A stretch of 18,557 nucleotides of DNA. Source: Tumidithrix helvetica PCC 7403. GTDB taxonomy: Bacteria > Cyanobacteriota > Cyanobacteriia > Pseudanabaenales > Pseudanabaenaceae. The notes under the pieces are model-generated. The model did not search any database. It saw only the letters and a list, made by a program, of their open reading frames with translations, and was not told the DNA's origin. Shown here one piece after another: positions 1 to 8,852 of the stretch (position 1 is its first letter; each line of letters opens with the position of its first letter). The DNA lies in NCBI RefSeq assembly GCF_965232925.1, contig NZ_CBDDRA010000001.1, positions 128,001 to 146,557 of the forward strand. The letters are read 5' to 3'. Made by a program: the position numbers and the translations under genes.

Positions 1-2
1 AT

Positions 3-1568
3 TATGTAGAAACCCTACATGGCAGTGGTGATTCTCTACTTACTATTATTAATGACATTCTTGATTTCTCTAAAATTGAGTCTGGCAAGTTAGAAGTTGA
101 AGCTCATCCATTTAATCTCCAAGAATGCATCCAATCTTCCGTAAACTTTTTGACGCCTAAAGCACTGGAGAAGGGAATTGGGTTGCATTATACGATCGAG
201 CCTACAGTTCCATCCTATATTATCAGTGATGTAACAAGAGTTCGCCAAGTTTTAATCAACTTGCTAGGGAATGCGATTAAATTTACAGATATTGGTGAAG
301 TTTTCCTGTCTGTTACAGCGACTTCAGTCAATTCAGATTCAGTCAATTCAGACGCTCAAACTTGTGAAATTCTGTTTTCAGTGAAAGATACGGGTGTTGG
401 CATTCCAGCGGAACGGTTGGATCGGCTATTTAAGCCTTTTAGTCAAGTAGATACTTCCACGACTCGCAAGTATGGTGGGACTGGGCTAGGTTTAGCGATT
501 AGCAGCCGTTTGAGTATGATGATGGGCGGCACAATTTGGGTGGTAAGTCATGGCAATATTGGTGGCGAGCCTCCCCACAATTGGCAGCTTTCTGAGATAA
601 AAGATTATGGAGATCTTGAGAAAGATCGTGGAGCTACCTTTTACTTTACAATTGTAATTCCAATCTTGAGCCCATCCACTCAAGTCGGTTCCGATCGGAA
701 CGATTTAACGGTGACAGAGAAAAAAGATGTTGCTGTAATTATGGACTCAAGCATGGCAGAGCGATTGCCTTTACGCATTCTTTTAGCTGAAGATAGTAGA
801 GTTAATCAGAAGCTAGCTCAAATCATATTGCGAAAACTGGGCTATCAATCAGATGTAGCTTTGAATGGTGGTGAGGTGTTAAGAGCGATCGCGCAGAAAC
901 GCTATGACGTGATCTTAATGGATATCCGAATGCCCAGCCTAGATGGATTAGAAACAACAAGACGCATACGCATTTTAGAGAATGCTAATCAAAATCCATC
1001 AATACCTCCCATCCGAATTGTGGCGATGACTGCCAATGCCATGTATGGCGATCGTGAAATGTGTTTAGAGATAGGAATGGATGACTATATCACCAAGCCT
1101 ATTGAGATCGAACAGTTGGTGGAGGCTTTGTATCGCTGTCAGTCCCATGCATCTTCAGAGGTTCCTCTCTCTCTATCTATGGCAGATCTAGAGGAGCTAG
1201 TTGCCTTGCCTCAATTGCCAGATGAATCGATGAATGAGACGATCGATAGCTACTTGAAAAGCTCTCCGAAAATTTTAGAGCAGATGCAGGAAGCGATCGC
1301 CGCCCAAAATCTTTCTACGTTCGCACAGGCATGTCATGACTTTGCCTCGGATAGTTCATTCTTCGGTGCAACCACGCTAGTGCAAAAGTGCTTGGCATTA
1401 GAGAGTCTGGTTAATTCACAGGTTAAGCCTACGATCGACTTGGATAAAGATGAAAACATCAGCGATCGCTACTTAGAGCAGTGGCAAGATGCAATCCAAG
1501 ATTTAACCATAGTGCACGCTCGCGTGTTAGCAGCGCTTGTGAAATATCAAATTCAGCACTGGTTATGA
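3..1568 (+). CDS. Hybrid sensor histidine kinase, 5'-truncated at the window edge. C-terminal part of HisKA (LLTIINDILDFSKIESGKLEVE), then HATPase_c (N-box NLLGNAIKFT, G-boxes DTGVGI / GGTGLGLAI), a receiver domain (ILMDIRMP...KP) and a C-terminal Hpt-like domain (ACHDFASDSSFFGA).
   Basis: The reading frame is open from nt 3; the first in-frame start (TTG at 150) is only where the track begins. Canonical His-kinase and REC motifs read directly from the translation. Confidence 0.9.
   Translation, partial: YVETLHGSGDSLLTIINDILDFSKIESGKLEVEAHPFNLQECIQSSVNFLTPKALEKGIGLHYTIEPTVPSYIISDVTRVRQVLINLLGNAIKFTDIGEVFLSVTATSVNSDSVNSDAQTCEILFSVKDTGVGIPAERLDRLFKPFSQVDTSTTRKYGGTGLGLAISSRLSMMMGGTIWVVSHGNIGGEPPHNWQLSEIKDYGDLEKDRGATFYFTIVIPILSPSTQVGSDRNDLTVTEKKDVAVIMDSSMAERLPLRILLAEDSRVNQKLAQIILRKLGYQSDVALNGGEVLRAIAQKRYDVILMDIRMPSLDGLETTRRIRILENANQNPSIPPIRIVAMTANAMYGDREMCLEIGMDDYITKPIEIEQLVEALYRCQSHASSEVPLSLSMADLEELVALPQLPDESMNETIDSYLKSSPKILEQMQEAIAAQNLSTFAQACHDFASDSSFFGATTLVQKCLALESLVNSQVKPTIDLDKDENISDRYLEQWQDAIQDLTIVHARVLAALVKYQIQHWL
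324..353 (+). repeat. Tandem 15-nt direct duplication (tcagtcaattcagat / tcagtcaattcagac) encoding SVNSD-SVNSD inside the HATPase_c variable loop.
   Basis: Two adjacent 15-nt units differing at one base, read directly; in frame. Confidence 0.8.
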
Positions 1569-1674
1569 GAGCGATATGCTAGACTTACGACTTGGATTTT
1601 ATAGAGCCCACGTTCGCAAGACGCAAGTTGTATCCCTAGCTATGATTACACTGTAAAGAAAAGTTTTAACCAAG

Positions 1675-2850
1675 ATGACGCAGTTCTTAAAGTACTCAGT
1701 TTCAGCCTTGCTTACGACCTTATTTCTAACCTGCACGGCTCAAAGTCTAAGGGCAAGTAATTTAACGGGTGAAAAGAATCCGCAAATATCAAATAGCCAA
1801 GTAGATAGCCGCACTGCGAATCTTCAAATTGCAAGTCTTGAAAATCATTGGGCAAAGGCTTTTATCGAAAAGTTAGCGGCCCAGAACTTACTCGATATCC
1901 CTACAAGTAAAATATTCCAACCAGAGCAGGTGGTATCTCGCGCTCAACTCGCTGCAATTCTTCAGCTTGCGTTCTTAACTCAAAATACAAATTATGTTAC
2001 CCAACGTCGCTGGCAAGGATTTGATGATGTCCCCCCCGATCATTGGGCAGCTTCTGCGATCGTCCAGACTTACGAAAGTGGAATTCTCTCAGGGTATAAT
2101 TCGCGTTCCTTTCAGCCCGATGAACCCGTAACCAAAGCACAGGTTTTGGTGGCGATCGCCAATATCCTCAAATTAAATAACCGCAAGACCAATACACCGC
2201 ATTCCTATCTACTGACGATGTATCGCGATGCCAGTCAGATTCCCGAGTTTGCCGTGCAATCGATCGCTACCCTCACCGAGAGAGGACTAGTAGTAAACTA
2301 CCCCGACCCTAGAATTATCGCCGCCAATGGGAATATCACCAAAGCAGAGCTAGCTGCACTCGTCTATGTAGCTCTGGCGGATCGGGGACGACTGCCTAAG
2401 ATGGGTTCGCTCTACGCGATCGATCCAAATCGTCCTTTGTTTACGGTAGCGATCGCCCAAGTGACCCGTCTAGAAGTCAGCCTCAGCAAACGTACAGTTA
2501 CGGCTTACCAAGGGGATGTCAAGCTCAAAAGCTATCCAATCGCTGTCGGACGTGCAGGTTGGGAAACCCCGATAGGAAACCATCGTGTTTTGCAAATGAT
2601 CGAATATCCCGCATGGAAGAACCCATTCACAGGCGATGTGATCCAAGGCGCAGATCCTGAAAATCCTTTGGGTGAGCGTTGGATTGGCTTTTGGACAAAT
2701 GGGGAAGACTGGTCGGGATTTCATGGCACGCCCAATCGAGATTCTGTGGGGCAGGCAGTCTCCCATGGTTGCATTCGTATGTACAACGAAGATATTCGGG
2801 AATTGTTTACGCAGGTTTCCCCAGATACGGTCGTCCAAGTTTCCAATTAA
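1675..2850 (+). CDS. Secreted SLH-domain protein with a C-terminal L,D-transpeptidase (YkuD) catalytic domain.
   Basis: N-terminal signal peptide (MTQFLKYSVSALLTTLFLTCTAQS). Two SLH-like segments (FQPEQVVSRAQLAAIL; WQGFDDVPPDHWAASAIVQTYESGILSGY). YkuD core with catalytic motif SHGCIRM. Confidence 0.85.
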   Translation: MTQFLKYSVSALLTTLFLTCTAQSLRASNLTGEKNPQISNSQVDSRTANLQIASLENHWAKAFIEKLAAQNLLDIPTSKIFQPEQVVSRAQLAAILQLAFLTQNTNYVTQRRWQGFDDVPPDHWAASAIVQTYESGILSGYNSRSFQPDEPVTKAQVLVAIANILKLNNRKTNTPHSYLLTMYRDASQIPEFAVQSIATLTERGLVVNYPDPRIIAANGNITKAELAALVYVALADRGRLPKMGSLYAIDPNRPLFTVAIAQVTRLEVSLSKRTVTAYQGDVKLKSYPIAVGRAGWETPIGNHRVLQMIEYPAWKNPFTGDVIQGADPENPLGERWIGFWTNGEDWSGFHGTPNRDSVGQAVSHGCIRMYNEDIRELFTQVSPDTVVQVSN

Positions 2851-2865
2851 TCTATTCTTCAGTAT

Positions 2866-2893
2866 GTAGGGGCAATTCATGAATTGCCCCTAC
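2866..2893 (+). terminator. Perfect 13-bp inverted repeat GTAGGGGCAATTC..GAATTGCCCCTAC, 15 nt after the L,D-transpeptidase stop and followed by gaTTTTat. Candidate intrinsic terminator.
   Basis: Hairpin read directly; the U-tract is short. Confidence 0.45.
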
Positions 2894-3062
2894 GATTTTA
2901 TGGAAACTAAAAAATGGGATTAATCTTTCGGAATAAATTCCAGAGATTTGGCAATTTCTAGAGGTATGAATCTGATTTAAGCCTTCTGATGTTTGTATTG
3001 GGCTCCTGAATGGATGAAAATACACGAAGCAAATAAGCCGACAAAAATATAAAACTTCAAAA

Positions 3063-4088
3063 ATGTTTAGCTCTAAAACAACTTTGCCCGCTTTAGGCGA
3101 TCGCTTGCGCCTCGAGCGACTGATCGATGCTACGGATAAATCCTTGACTTCAGGACATGATGTGGTTGCGGGGCTCAGCAAAACCCCTAAGACCTTGCCT
3201 GCAAAATATTTTTACGACGATCTTGGTTCGCAGTTATTCGAGCAAATTTGCGAACTTCCCGAATATTATCTAACCCGTACGGAAACAGCGATTTTGCAAA
3301 CCTATGCAGTTGAAATTGCCCGACTGACAGGCTCTTGTGAATTGGTCGAATTAGGCAGTGGCAGTGCCACCAAAACCAGAATTTTGCTAGATGCCTACGC
3401 TAAGCTCGGCTATCCGCTACGCTATATGCCGATCGATATCAGTGCGGGGATTTTAGAAAGCAGTGCCTTTGCTCTATTGGCTGACTACCCCACCTTAGAA
3501 GTACATGGCTTGGTCAGTACGTACGAGCAGGCATTACAACGGCTAAATTTGCCACAACTACCTACGAGGATGCTTTGCTTTTTGGGGAGTACGCTTGGCA
3601 ACCTCAATTTACAGGAGTGCGACTTGTTTTTCGAACAGGTTGCAGGGGCGCTACGAATTGGTGAATATTTCCTTTTAGGTGTGGATTTAAAAACTTCAGA
3701 ACTAAAGCCCAAATCGTCGATTCATGCTGCTTATAACGATGCCCAAGCAGTAAGTGCTGCCTTTAACTTAAATATGCTGAGCCATCTCAACCGTAAATTT
3801 GATGGCAACTTTGACCTTGCCACATTTCAGCACTCCGCCATCTATAACGAGCGATCGCATCAAGTGGAAATGTACTTAACCAGTACCAAAGCCCAAACCA
3901 TTAACCTGCGATCGCTGTCGCTTGCGATAGCGTTTCAGTCGGGTGAAGCAATCTTGACCGAGATTTCACGCAAGTTCGATTTGCAACTGCTTGAAGCAGA
4001 TCTTAGCCATAAAGGGTTGCACAAAACCAGGGTCTGGACAGACCCCAACCAATGGTTCGCACTCATGCTATTTCAATTAAAAGGCTAG
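3063..4088 (+). CDS. EgtD-like SAM-dependent N-methyltransferase (Methyltransf_33 / DUF323 family; histidine N-alpha-methyltransferase-like).
   Basis: Signature YFYDDLGSQLFEQICELPEYYLTRTETAIL plus the ELGSGSATKTRILLDA SAM-binding motif match the EgtD family N-terminus. No egtB/egtC neighbour, so the substrate is not inferred. Confidence 0.75.
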   Translation: MFSSKTTLPALGDRLRLERLIDATDKSLTSGHDVVAGLSKTPKTLPAKYFYDDLGSQLFEQICELPEYYLTRTETAILQTYAVEIARLTGSCELVELGSGSATKTRILLDAYAKLGYPLRYMPIDISAGILESSAFALLADYPTLEVHGLVSTYEQALQRLNLPQLPTRMLCFLGSTLGNLNLQECDLFFEQVAGALRIGEYFLLGVDLKTSELKPKSSIHAAYNDAQAVSAAFNLNMLSHLNRKFDGNFDLATFQHSAIYNERSHQVEMYLTSTKAQTINLRSLSLAIAFQSGEAILTEISRKFDLQLLEADLSHKGLHKTRVWTDPNQWFALMLFQLKG

Positions 4089-4332
4089 ACAGACTAAAGG
4101 GTTAATCTGGTAAACCTTAAAATTTTCTGCTAAGTTTCTCGCAGGGACACTAACCTTGGCGTGCTTTGAATTTAGGATTTGACTTGCAAATAACATAAAC
4201 TCTGCCACGACGACGCACAATCTTGCAGTCTTTATGGCGAGTTTTGGCTGATTTTAGAGAGCTAACAACTTTCATTGGACTGTTGGTTACAATTACTAAA
4301 TTTTTTACGCACGGTCTTAAAGCTTAGCATGG

Positions 4333-4371
4333 AGAGTAGCATCTTCCCAAGATCCTACTCTTAGGTTTTTT
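4333..4371 (+). terminator. AT-rich imperfect hairpin (AGAGTAG-c-ATCTT-ccc-AAGAT-cc-CTACTCT) followed by a T6 run, in the 377-bp spacer upstream of the ATPase gene.
   Basis: Stem and T-tract read directly. The stem is GC-poor, so the call is weak. Confidence 0.25.
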
Positions 4372-4465
4372 GAAAATTCGCGCCCTATGCTATTACTAGG
4401 GTTAAAGAAATAGCAAAAGCACTTGCCTTAGAACCACGACTATACTTGTTCGGTTTTGTCAAATT

Positions 4466-5506
4466 ATGCTGAAGTCACTAAAAATCGAAAATTTTCGTTG
4501 CTTCCGATCGTTCGAGCTTCAGCAACTTGGCAGATTAAATTTGCTTGTGGGCACAAATAACAGTGGTAAAACATCAATTTTAGAAGCCATTCAACTGCTT
4601 TCTTCACGCCCAAATTTTGAGTCATTAGGAGGGTTGATGATTGGTCGTGGTGAATACATCTTAAGCAATGAAAGTGATGGGCAAATAGAGCTAGATATTC
4701 GTCATCTCTTCTATGGCAATGAAATTAATATAGGTAGTACCTTTTCGGTATTCGATAGCAGTCATGACAATGGCGAAAAAATCACTATATCTATAGAAGA
4801 AGAACAAAACCAACAAAGATCTAATTTAATTATAGAAAATTCGCGAATGAAAACAATTCTCCCCCTATCTTCCGAAGGTGGTCTTGTTTTTAACTTGAGT
4901 TACTTTAGACGCTCCCGTAAAGACTTTAAACATCCAAGTCATTTGATCACATCTTCTTCTCTGACAACCGAGACAATGATTGAGTTGTTCGATCAAGTTG
5001 TTCTTACTCCAGAAGAAGATCTTGTTACAGGAGCACTCCAGATTCTTGAACCTAATGTAGAACGTATTGCGATTATTGGCTCTGAAAAATTTAGAAAAAA
5101 TGGAGTACGTAGTGGATTTGTCGTGAGATTCTCAGATAGCGATCAACGTATACCGATTGGGAGTATGGGAGATGGAATGTGGCGAATGTTAGGACTTACA
5201 TTAGCAATTGTTAATGCTAGAAATGGGGTTTTGTTAGTTGATGAAATTGATACTGGACTTCACTTTAGTACCATGTCTAAGATGTGGAAACTAATCTGGG
5301 AAACTGCAAAACGACTTAACGTTCAAGTTTTTGCTACGACCCATAGTAATGACTGCTGGACAAGTTTGGCTGCGATCGCAAGTGCAGAAAACCCAAGCGA
5401 GGAAGGTATTACCATTCAAAGAATTGAAAAAGGAAAACCCCACAGTATTGTCTTTACGGAGCGACAAGTAGCGATCGCGGCTGAAAGAGGAATCGAGGTG
5501 CGATAG
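4466..5506 (+). CDS. ABC/AAA_21-type P-loop ATPase (RecF/SMC-like, OLD/AbiL/PARIS-AriA class): Walker A GTNNSGKTS, Walker B LLVDEID, H-loop ATTHS.
   Basis: Motifs read from the translation. Strong AAGGAG-less start but a clean ATG. Codon usage is AT-rich and HIP1 is almost absent, unlike the neighbouring genes. Confidence 0.8.
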   Translation: MLKSLKIENFRCFRSFELQQLGRLNLLVGTNNSGKTSILEAIQLLSSRPNFESLGGLMIGRGEYILSNESDGQIELDIRHLFYGNEINIGSTFSVFDSSHDNGEKITISIEEEQNQQRSNLIIENSRMKTILPLSSEGGLVFNLSYFRRSRKDFKHPSHLITSSSLTTETMIELFDQVVLTPEEDLVTGALQILEPNVERIAIIGSEKFRKNGVRSGFVVRFSDSDQRIPIGSMGDGMWRMLGLTLAIVNARNGVLLVDEIDTGLHFSTMSKMWKLIWETAKRLNVQVFATTHSNDCWTSLAAIASAENPSEEGITIQRIEKGKPHSIVFTERQVAIAAERGIEVR

Positions 5507-5509
5507 AGA

Positions 5510-6160
5510 ATGGCTAATATCCATCCAAAGATTCTGTTGGTAGAGGGTAAGCAAGATGTGCGGGTCATACCAGAGCTAATTGAAGCAAATGGTGTGGATT
5601 GGGGAACAAGGAAAAGTCCGATCGTATATATTCGTGATTGTGATGGCTATCAAAAGTTAGTCGATCCAGATGTAATCTCGACGGAACTACAGGCTTCTGG
5701 ACTTTCTGCACTTGGCATCATAGTTGATGCAGATGATAATCCTCAAGGGCGTTGGCAGAGTATCAGAAGTGCAAGCATTAGAAGTATCCCCGATCTTCCA
5801 GAAGCTTTACCAGAAGAAGGTTTGATTCATATTACCCCTAGTGGAATTAAGTTTGGAGTATGGATGATGCCAGACAACAAGATGCGCGGTATGTTAGAAA
5901 CTTTTTTGACATACCTGATCCCAGATGGGAATGAATCAATTTGGCAGTTTGCTCAAAAATCAGCCCTAGAAGCCAAAAATAAGGGGGCGATGTTTACGGA
6001 TGCTCATGGTGACAAAGCAAATATTTATACTTGGCTCGCTTGGCAAGATCCGCCAGGACGGCAACTACATCAAGCAATTATGGAACGCCTTTTAGATCCA
6101 AATCATCCCAATGCTCAAATGTTCGTGACATGGTTTAAAGCTTTGTATGGCTTACCTTAA
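5510..6160 (+). CDS. Small partner protein with TOPRIM-like signatures: N-terminal strand with a conserved Glu (ILLVEGKQD) and a later acidic DxD-type motif (GIIVDADDN). DUF4276 / RloB / AriB-like predicted nuclease.
   Basis: The start codon lies 4 nt after the ATPase stop (tagAGAatg), implying translational coupling. E...DxD spacing is typical of TOPRIM. The family assignment is by recollection, not a search. Confidence 0.6.
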   Translation: MANIHPKILLVEGKQDVRVIPELIEANGVDWGTRKSPIVYIRDCDGYQKLVDPDVISTELQASGLSALGIIVDADDNPQGRWQSIRSASIRSIPDLPEALPEEGLIHITPSGIKFGVWMMPDNKMRGMLETFLTYLIPDGNESIWQFAQKSALEAKNKGAMFTDAHGDKANIYTWLAWQDPPGRQLHQAIMERLLDPNHPNAQMFVTWFKALYGLP

Positions 6161-6210
6161 TAAATTTCTCAGAATCGTAATGACCAATATCAACCAACAG
6201 GATTCAAAAT

Positions 6211-6495
6211 ATGACTGAATCGGCGGGTCAGCAGCTAGAGCAATATACAGAAAAACATCCCCATGAGGTCTTGTTGGTCAAGATCGAACTGGAGGGCGAA
6301 GTTGATGAAGTGGCGATTTTTAAGGGTTTTTCTAGCTCTTTGATGCGTCCTACAACCTTTGATCCCGATATTCCCATCATTCCTGAAACAGCGAAGATCG
6401 TCAGCATCGATCGCGCCAAAGCCCCCTACAACCCTAGTAACCCACAATATATTCAGCAAGACCTAAGCTGGGAAGCCTTTCAGCTACTTCTGTAA
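6211..6495 (+). CDS. Hypothetical acidic 94-aa protein. Its 3' end overlaps the convergent menG by 12 nt.
   Basis: Complete ORF 50 nt downstream of the TOPRIM-like gene on the same strand. No motif recognised. Confidence 0.4.
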   Translation: MTESAGQQLEQYTEKHPHEVLLVKIELEGEVDEVAIFKGFSSSLMRPTTFDPDIPIIPETAKIVSIDRAKAPYNPSNPQYIQQDLSWEAFQLLL

Positions 6496-7212
6496 GACTA
6501 AAATCCCCATCATGCCATTTACGATTGGATAGTGGGTGGCTTGGCTAAAGCCAGCATTTTTTGCCAGCTTTACCTGCTCGGAACCGATAGGGAATCGCTC
6601 AATGCTGGGGGCAATATAGGCATAGTCCGCTTCGACGTTCTGTTGTTTTGCCATCGGCACGACGATATTCGCTAGGTAAAACTCCTGAAACTTGACCAAT
6701 GTCGGATCGCTAGGACGGTGAAAATCTAGAATCGCCACATTTGCGCCTGTTTTTAAAACGCGATGCAACTCTGCAAAGCATTTGGGAATATCGATCACGT
6801 TGCGAAGTCCGTAGGCGATAGTGGCTCCGTCAAAGGTGGCATCCGCAAAATCTAAAGCTAGAGCATCGCCTTCTTGCCAAGTTATGGATTTTTGTATGCT
6901 TGGGGCATGTTTTTGGGCAGCAATCGCCAATAGCTCCTTTGAGAAATCAACGCCAAACACATGCCCCGTCGGGGCGACCCGTCGCGCTAACAGGGCTGCA
7001 ACATCCCCACTGCCGCAACAAAGATCGAGCCAAGTTTGCCCTAGTTGGGGATTTCCCCATGACACCGCCATTTTTTTCCAAATCCGATGCTGCCCCAAAC
7101 TGAGCCAGTCGTTGAGGCGATCGTAGATTGGCGCAATGCGATTAAAGATTTGACGCACTTCGGTCGCAGAGGTGCTGTTGGGAACGTTGGGCTGAGATGT
7201 AAAAGAAGGCAT
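6484..7212 (-). CDS. menG: Demethylmenaquinone / 2-phytyl-1,4-naphthoquinone methyltransferase (UbiE/MenG family).
   Basis: The N-terminal UbiE/MenG signature FNRIAPIYDRLNDWLSLGQHRIWKK and the SAM motif LDLCCGSGD read directly. Confidence 0.85.
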   Translation of the reverse strand: MPSFTSQPNVPNSTSATEVRQIFNRIAPIYDRLNDWLSLGQHRIWKKMAVSWGNPQLGQTWLDLCCGSGDVAALLARRVAPTGHVFGVDFSKELLAIAAQKHAPSIQKSITWQEGDALALDFADATFDGATIAYGLRNVIDIPKCFAELHRVLKTGANVAILDFHRPSDPTLVKFQEFYLANIVVPMAKQQNVEADYAYIAPSIERFPIGSEQVKLAKNAGFSQATHYPIVNGMMGILVLQK

Positions 7213-7293
7213 AGGGATTGAATGACTGCTTACCTAATCCTCATACTAGATCGGCATAAGTTAAACTAAAGTAAAATAACTTTACTTATCTTT

Positions 7294-8739
7294 ATGGTTC
7301 AGGCGAAAAGTCCCAGCTTCACAAGAGAAGATTGGCAGAAGGGCTATCAATCTTTACGTACCGAGCAGAGTTACTGGATCGATGAGATTGAGGGGGAGAT
7401 TCCATCAGAATTACAAGGCACGCTGTTTCGGAATGGACCTGGTTTGCTCGATGTCAACGGTCAAGCTTACGGACACCCCTTTGATGGTGACGGCATGATC
7501 TGCGCGATCGCTTTTACCGATGGCAAAGCCCACTTCGCCAATAGCTTTGTCAAAACTCCCGAATTTCTTGCCGAGCAAAAAGAGGGGCGCATTCTCTATC
7601 GTGGTGTCTTTGGGACGCAAAAGCCGGGGGGCTGGTGGCAAAATCTGTTCGATCTCAAACTCAAGAATATCGCCAATACCAACGTTATCTACCACGGGAA
7701 GAGGCTTTTGGCTTTATGGGAGGCTAGCTTACCCTATCGACTCGATCCTAAAAACCTTGATACGCTTGGGGTAGAAACATTTAATGGGGCTTTAGCAGCA
7801 GGAAAGGCATTCACAGCGCATCCTAGACTCGATCCTGAGACTGGAGATCTCTGGGCTTTTGGAGTCGATGCAGGTCCAAAGTCAACCATTACGATCTATA
7901 GGATCGATCCTCAAGGCGAACTTACGGAATCTTGCAGTCAAAAAGTGTCGGGATTCTGCTTTTTACATGATTTTGCTTACACCCCTAACTACCGCATCTT
8001 TTTACAGAATCCCGTCTCGTTTGATTCCTTGCCATTTATCTTTGGCTTGAAAACCGCAGGGGCTTGTATCGATCTCAAACCCAATACACCGACAAAAATT
8101 CTGTTGTTCGATCGCTCGGGCAAACTGACAACCCTAGAAACCGACCCCGGATTTGTGTTTCACCACTGCAATGCCTTTGAACGAGGGGATGAAATCATCC
8201 TAGATTCGGTGTGCTATCAGGACTATCCCAAGCTAGAACCCAATGTTGACTATAAGAATGTGAATTTTGACACCGTTGTACCTGGGAAACTTTTCCGCTT
8301 TCGGATTAATCCCAAGACGGGCAGCGTCAGCCGTGAAATTTTGCTCGATCGCTCCTGTGAATTTCCGACAATTCATCCGCGCTGTGTGGGGCAACCTTAC
8401 CGCTATGCCTATATCGGCGCGATCGCCCAGCCCACAGGCAATGCCCCACTCCAAGCAATTCTCAAAATCGACCTAGAAACGGGCAAACAAGAAGCACATA
8501 GCTTTGCCCCAAGGGGCTTTATCGGAGAGCCTGTGTTTGTGCCGCGCAATGCCTCAGCTACGAGTGCTGAAGATGATGGCTGGATTATTACATTGATCTT
8601 TAATGCTGAGCGCGATCGCTCTGATGTCGTTATTCTCGACGCTCAAAATATCGCGGCTGCACCTGTGGCAACCTTGCACCTAAAACACCATGTCCCCTAT
8701 GGATTGCATGGCAACTTCACGCCCGAAGTCTGGCATTAA
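7294..8739 (+). CDS. Carotenoid cleavage oxygenase (RPE65 family; apocarotenoid-15,15'-oxygenase-like).
   Basis: FRNGPG...HPFDGDGM motif, conserved His residues (HHCNAFE, etc.), length about 480 aa. Confidence 0.85.
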   Translation: MVQAKSPSFTREDWQKGYQSLRTEQSYWIDEIEGEIPSELQGTLFRNGPGLLDVNGQAYGHPFDGDGMICAIAFTDGKAHFANSFVKTPEFLAEQKEGRILYRGVFGTQKPGGWWQNLFDLKLKNIANTNVIYHGKRLLALWEASLPYRLDPKNLDTLGVETFNGALAAGKAFTAHPRLDPETGDLWAFGVDAGPKSTITIYRIDPQGELTESCSQKVSGFCFLHDFAYTPNYRIFLQNPVSFDSLPFIFGLKTAGACIDLKPNTPTKILLFDRSGKLTTLETDPGFVFHHCNAFERGDEIILDSVCYQDYPKLEPNVDYKNVNFDTVVPGKLFRFRINPKTGSVSREILLDRSCEFPTIHPRCVGQPYRYAYIGAIAQPTGNAPLQAILKIDLETGKQEAHSFAPRGFIGEPVFVPRNASATSAEDDGWIITLIFNAERDRSDVVILDAQNIAAAPVATLHLKHHVPYGLHGNFTPEVWH

Positions 8740-8852
8740 ATCCCTCAATACCCCACCCAGCCTCCCCTTGAACTAGCCGCGAAGCGACTTCCCGCAGGGT
8801 AGACTACGGTGTACACACAAGTCGTCAAACCGAGTTAAATCAAAGGTTTATT

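Noticed and set aside
2470-2882. Minus-strand 136-aa ORF and two short plus-strand ORFs overlapping the 3' end of the L,D-transpeptidase gene.
   Set aside because: They overlap a well-supported gene in other frames and have no recognisable motifs.
6228-6459. Two minus-strand ORFs (63 and 74 aa) inside the 94-aa plus-strand ORF.
   Set aside because: Antisense to a candidate gene, Cys/Ser-rich, and lacking start context; most likely spurious.
6821-7126. Plus-strand ORFs of 101 and 67 aa inside menG.
   Set aside because: Antisense to the high-confidence menG/ubiE gene.
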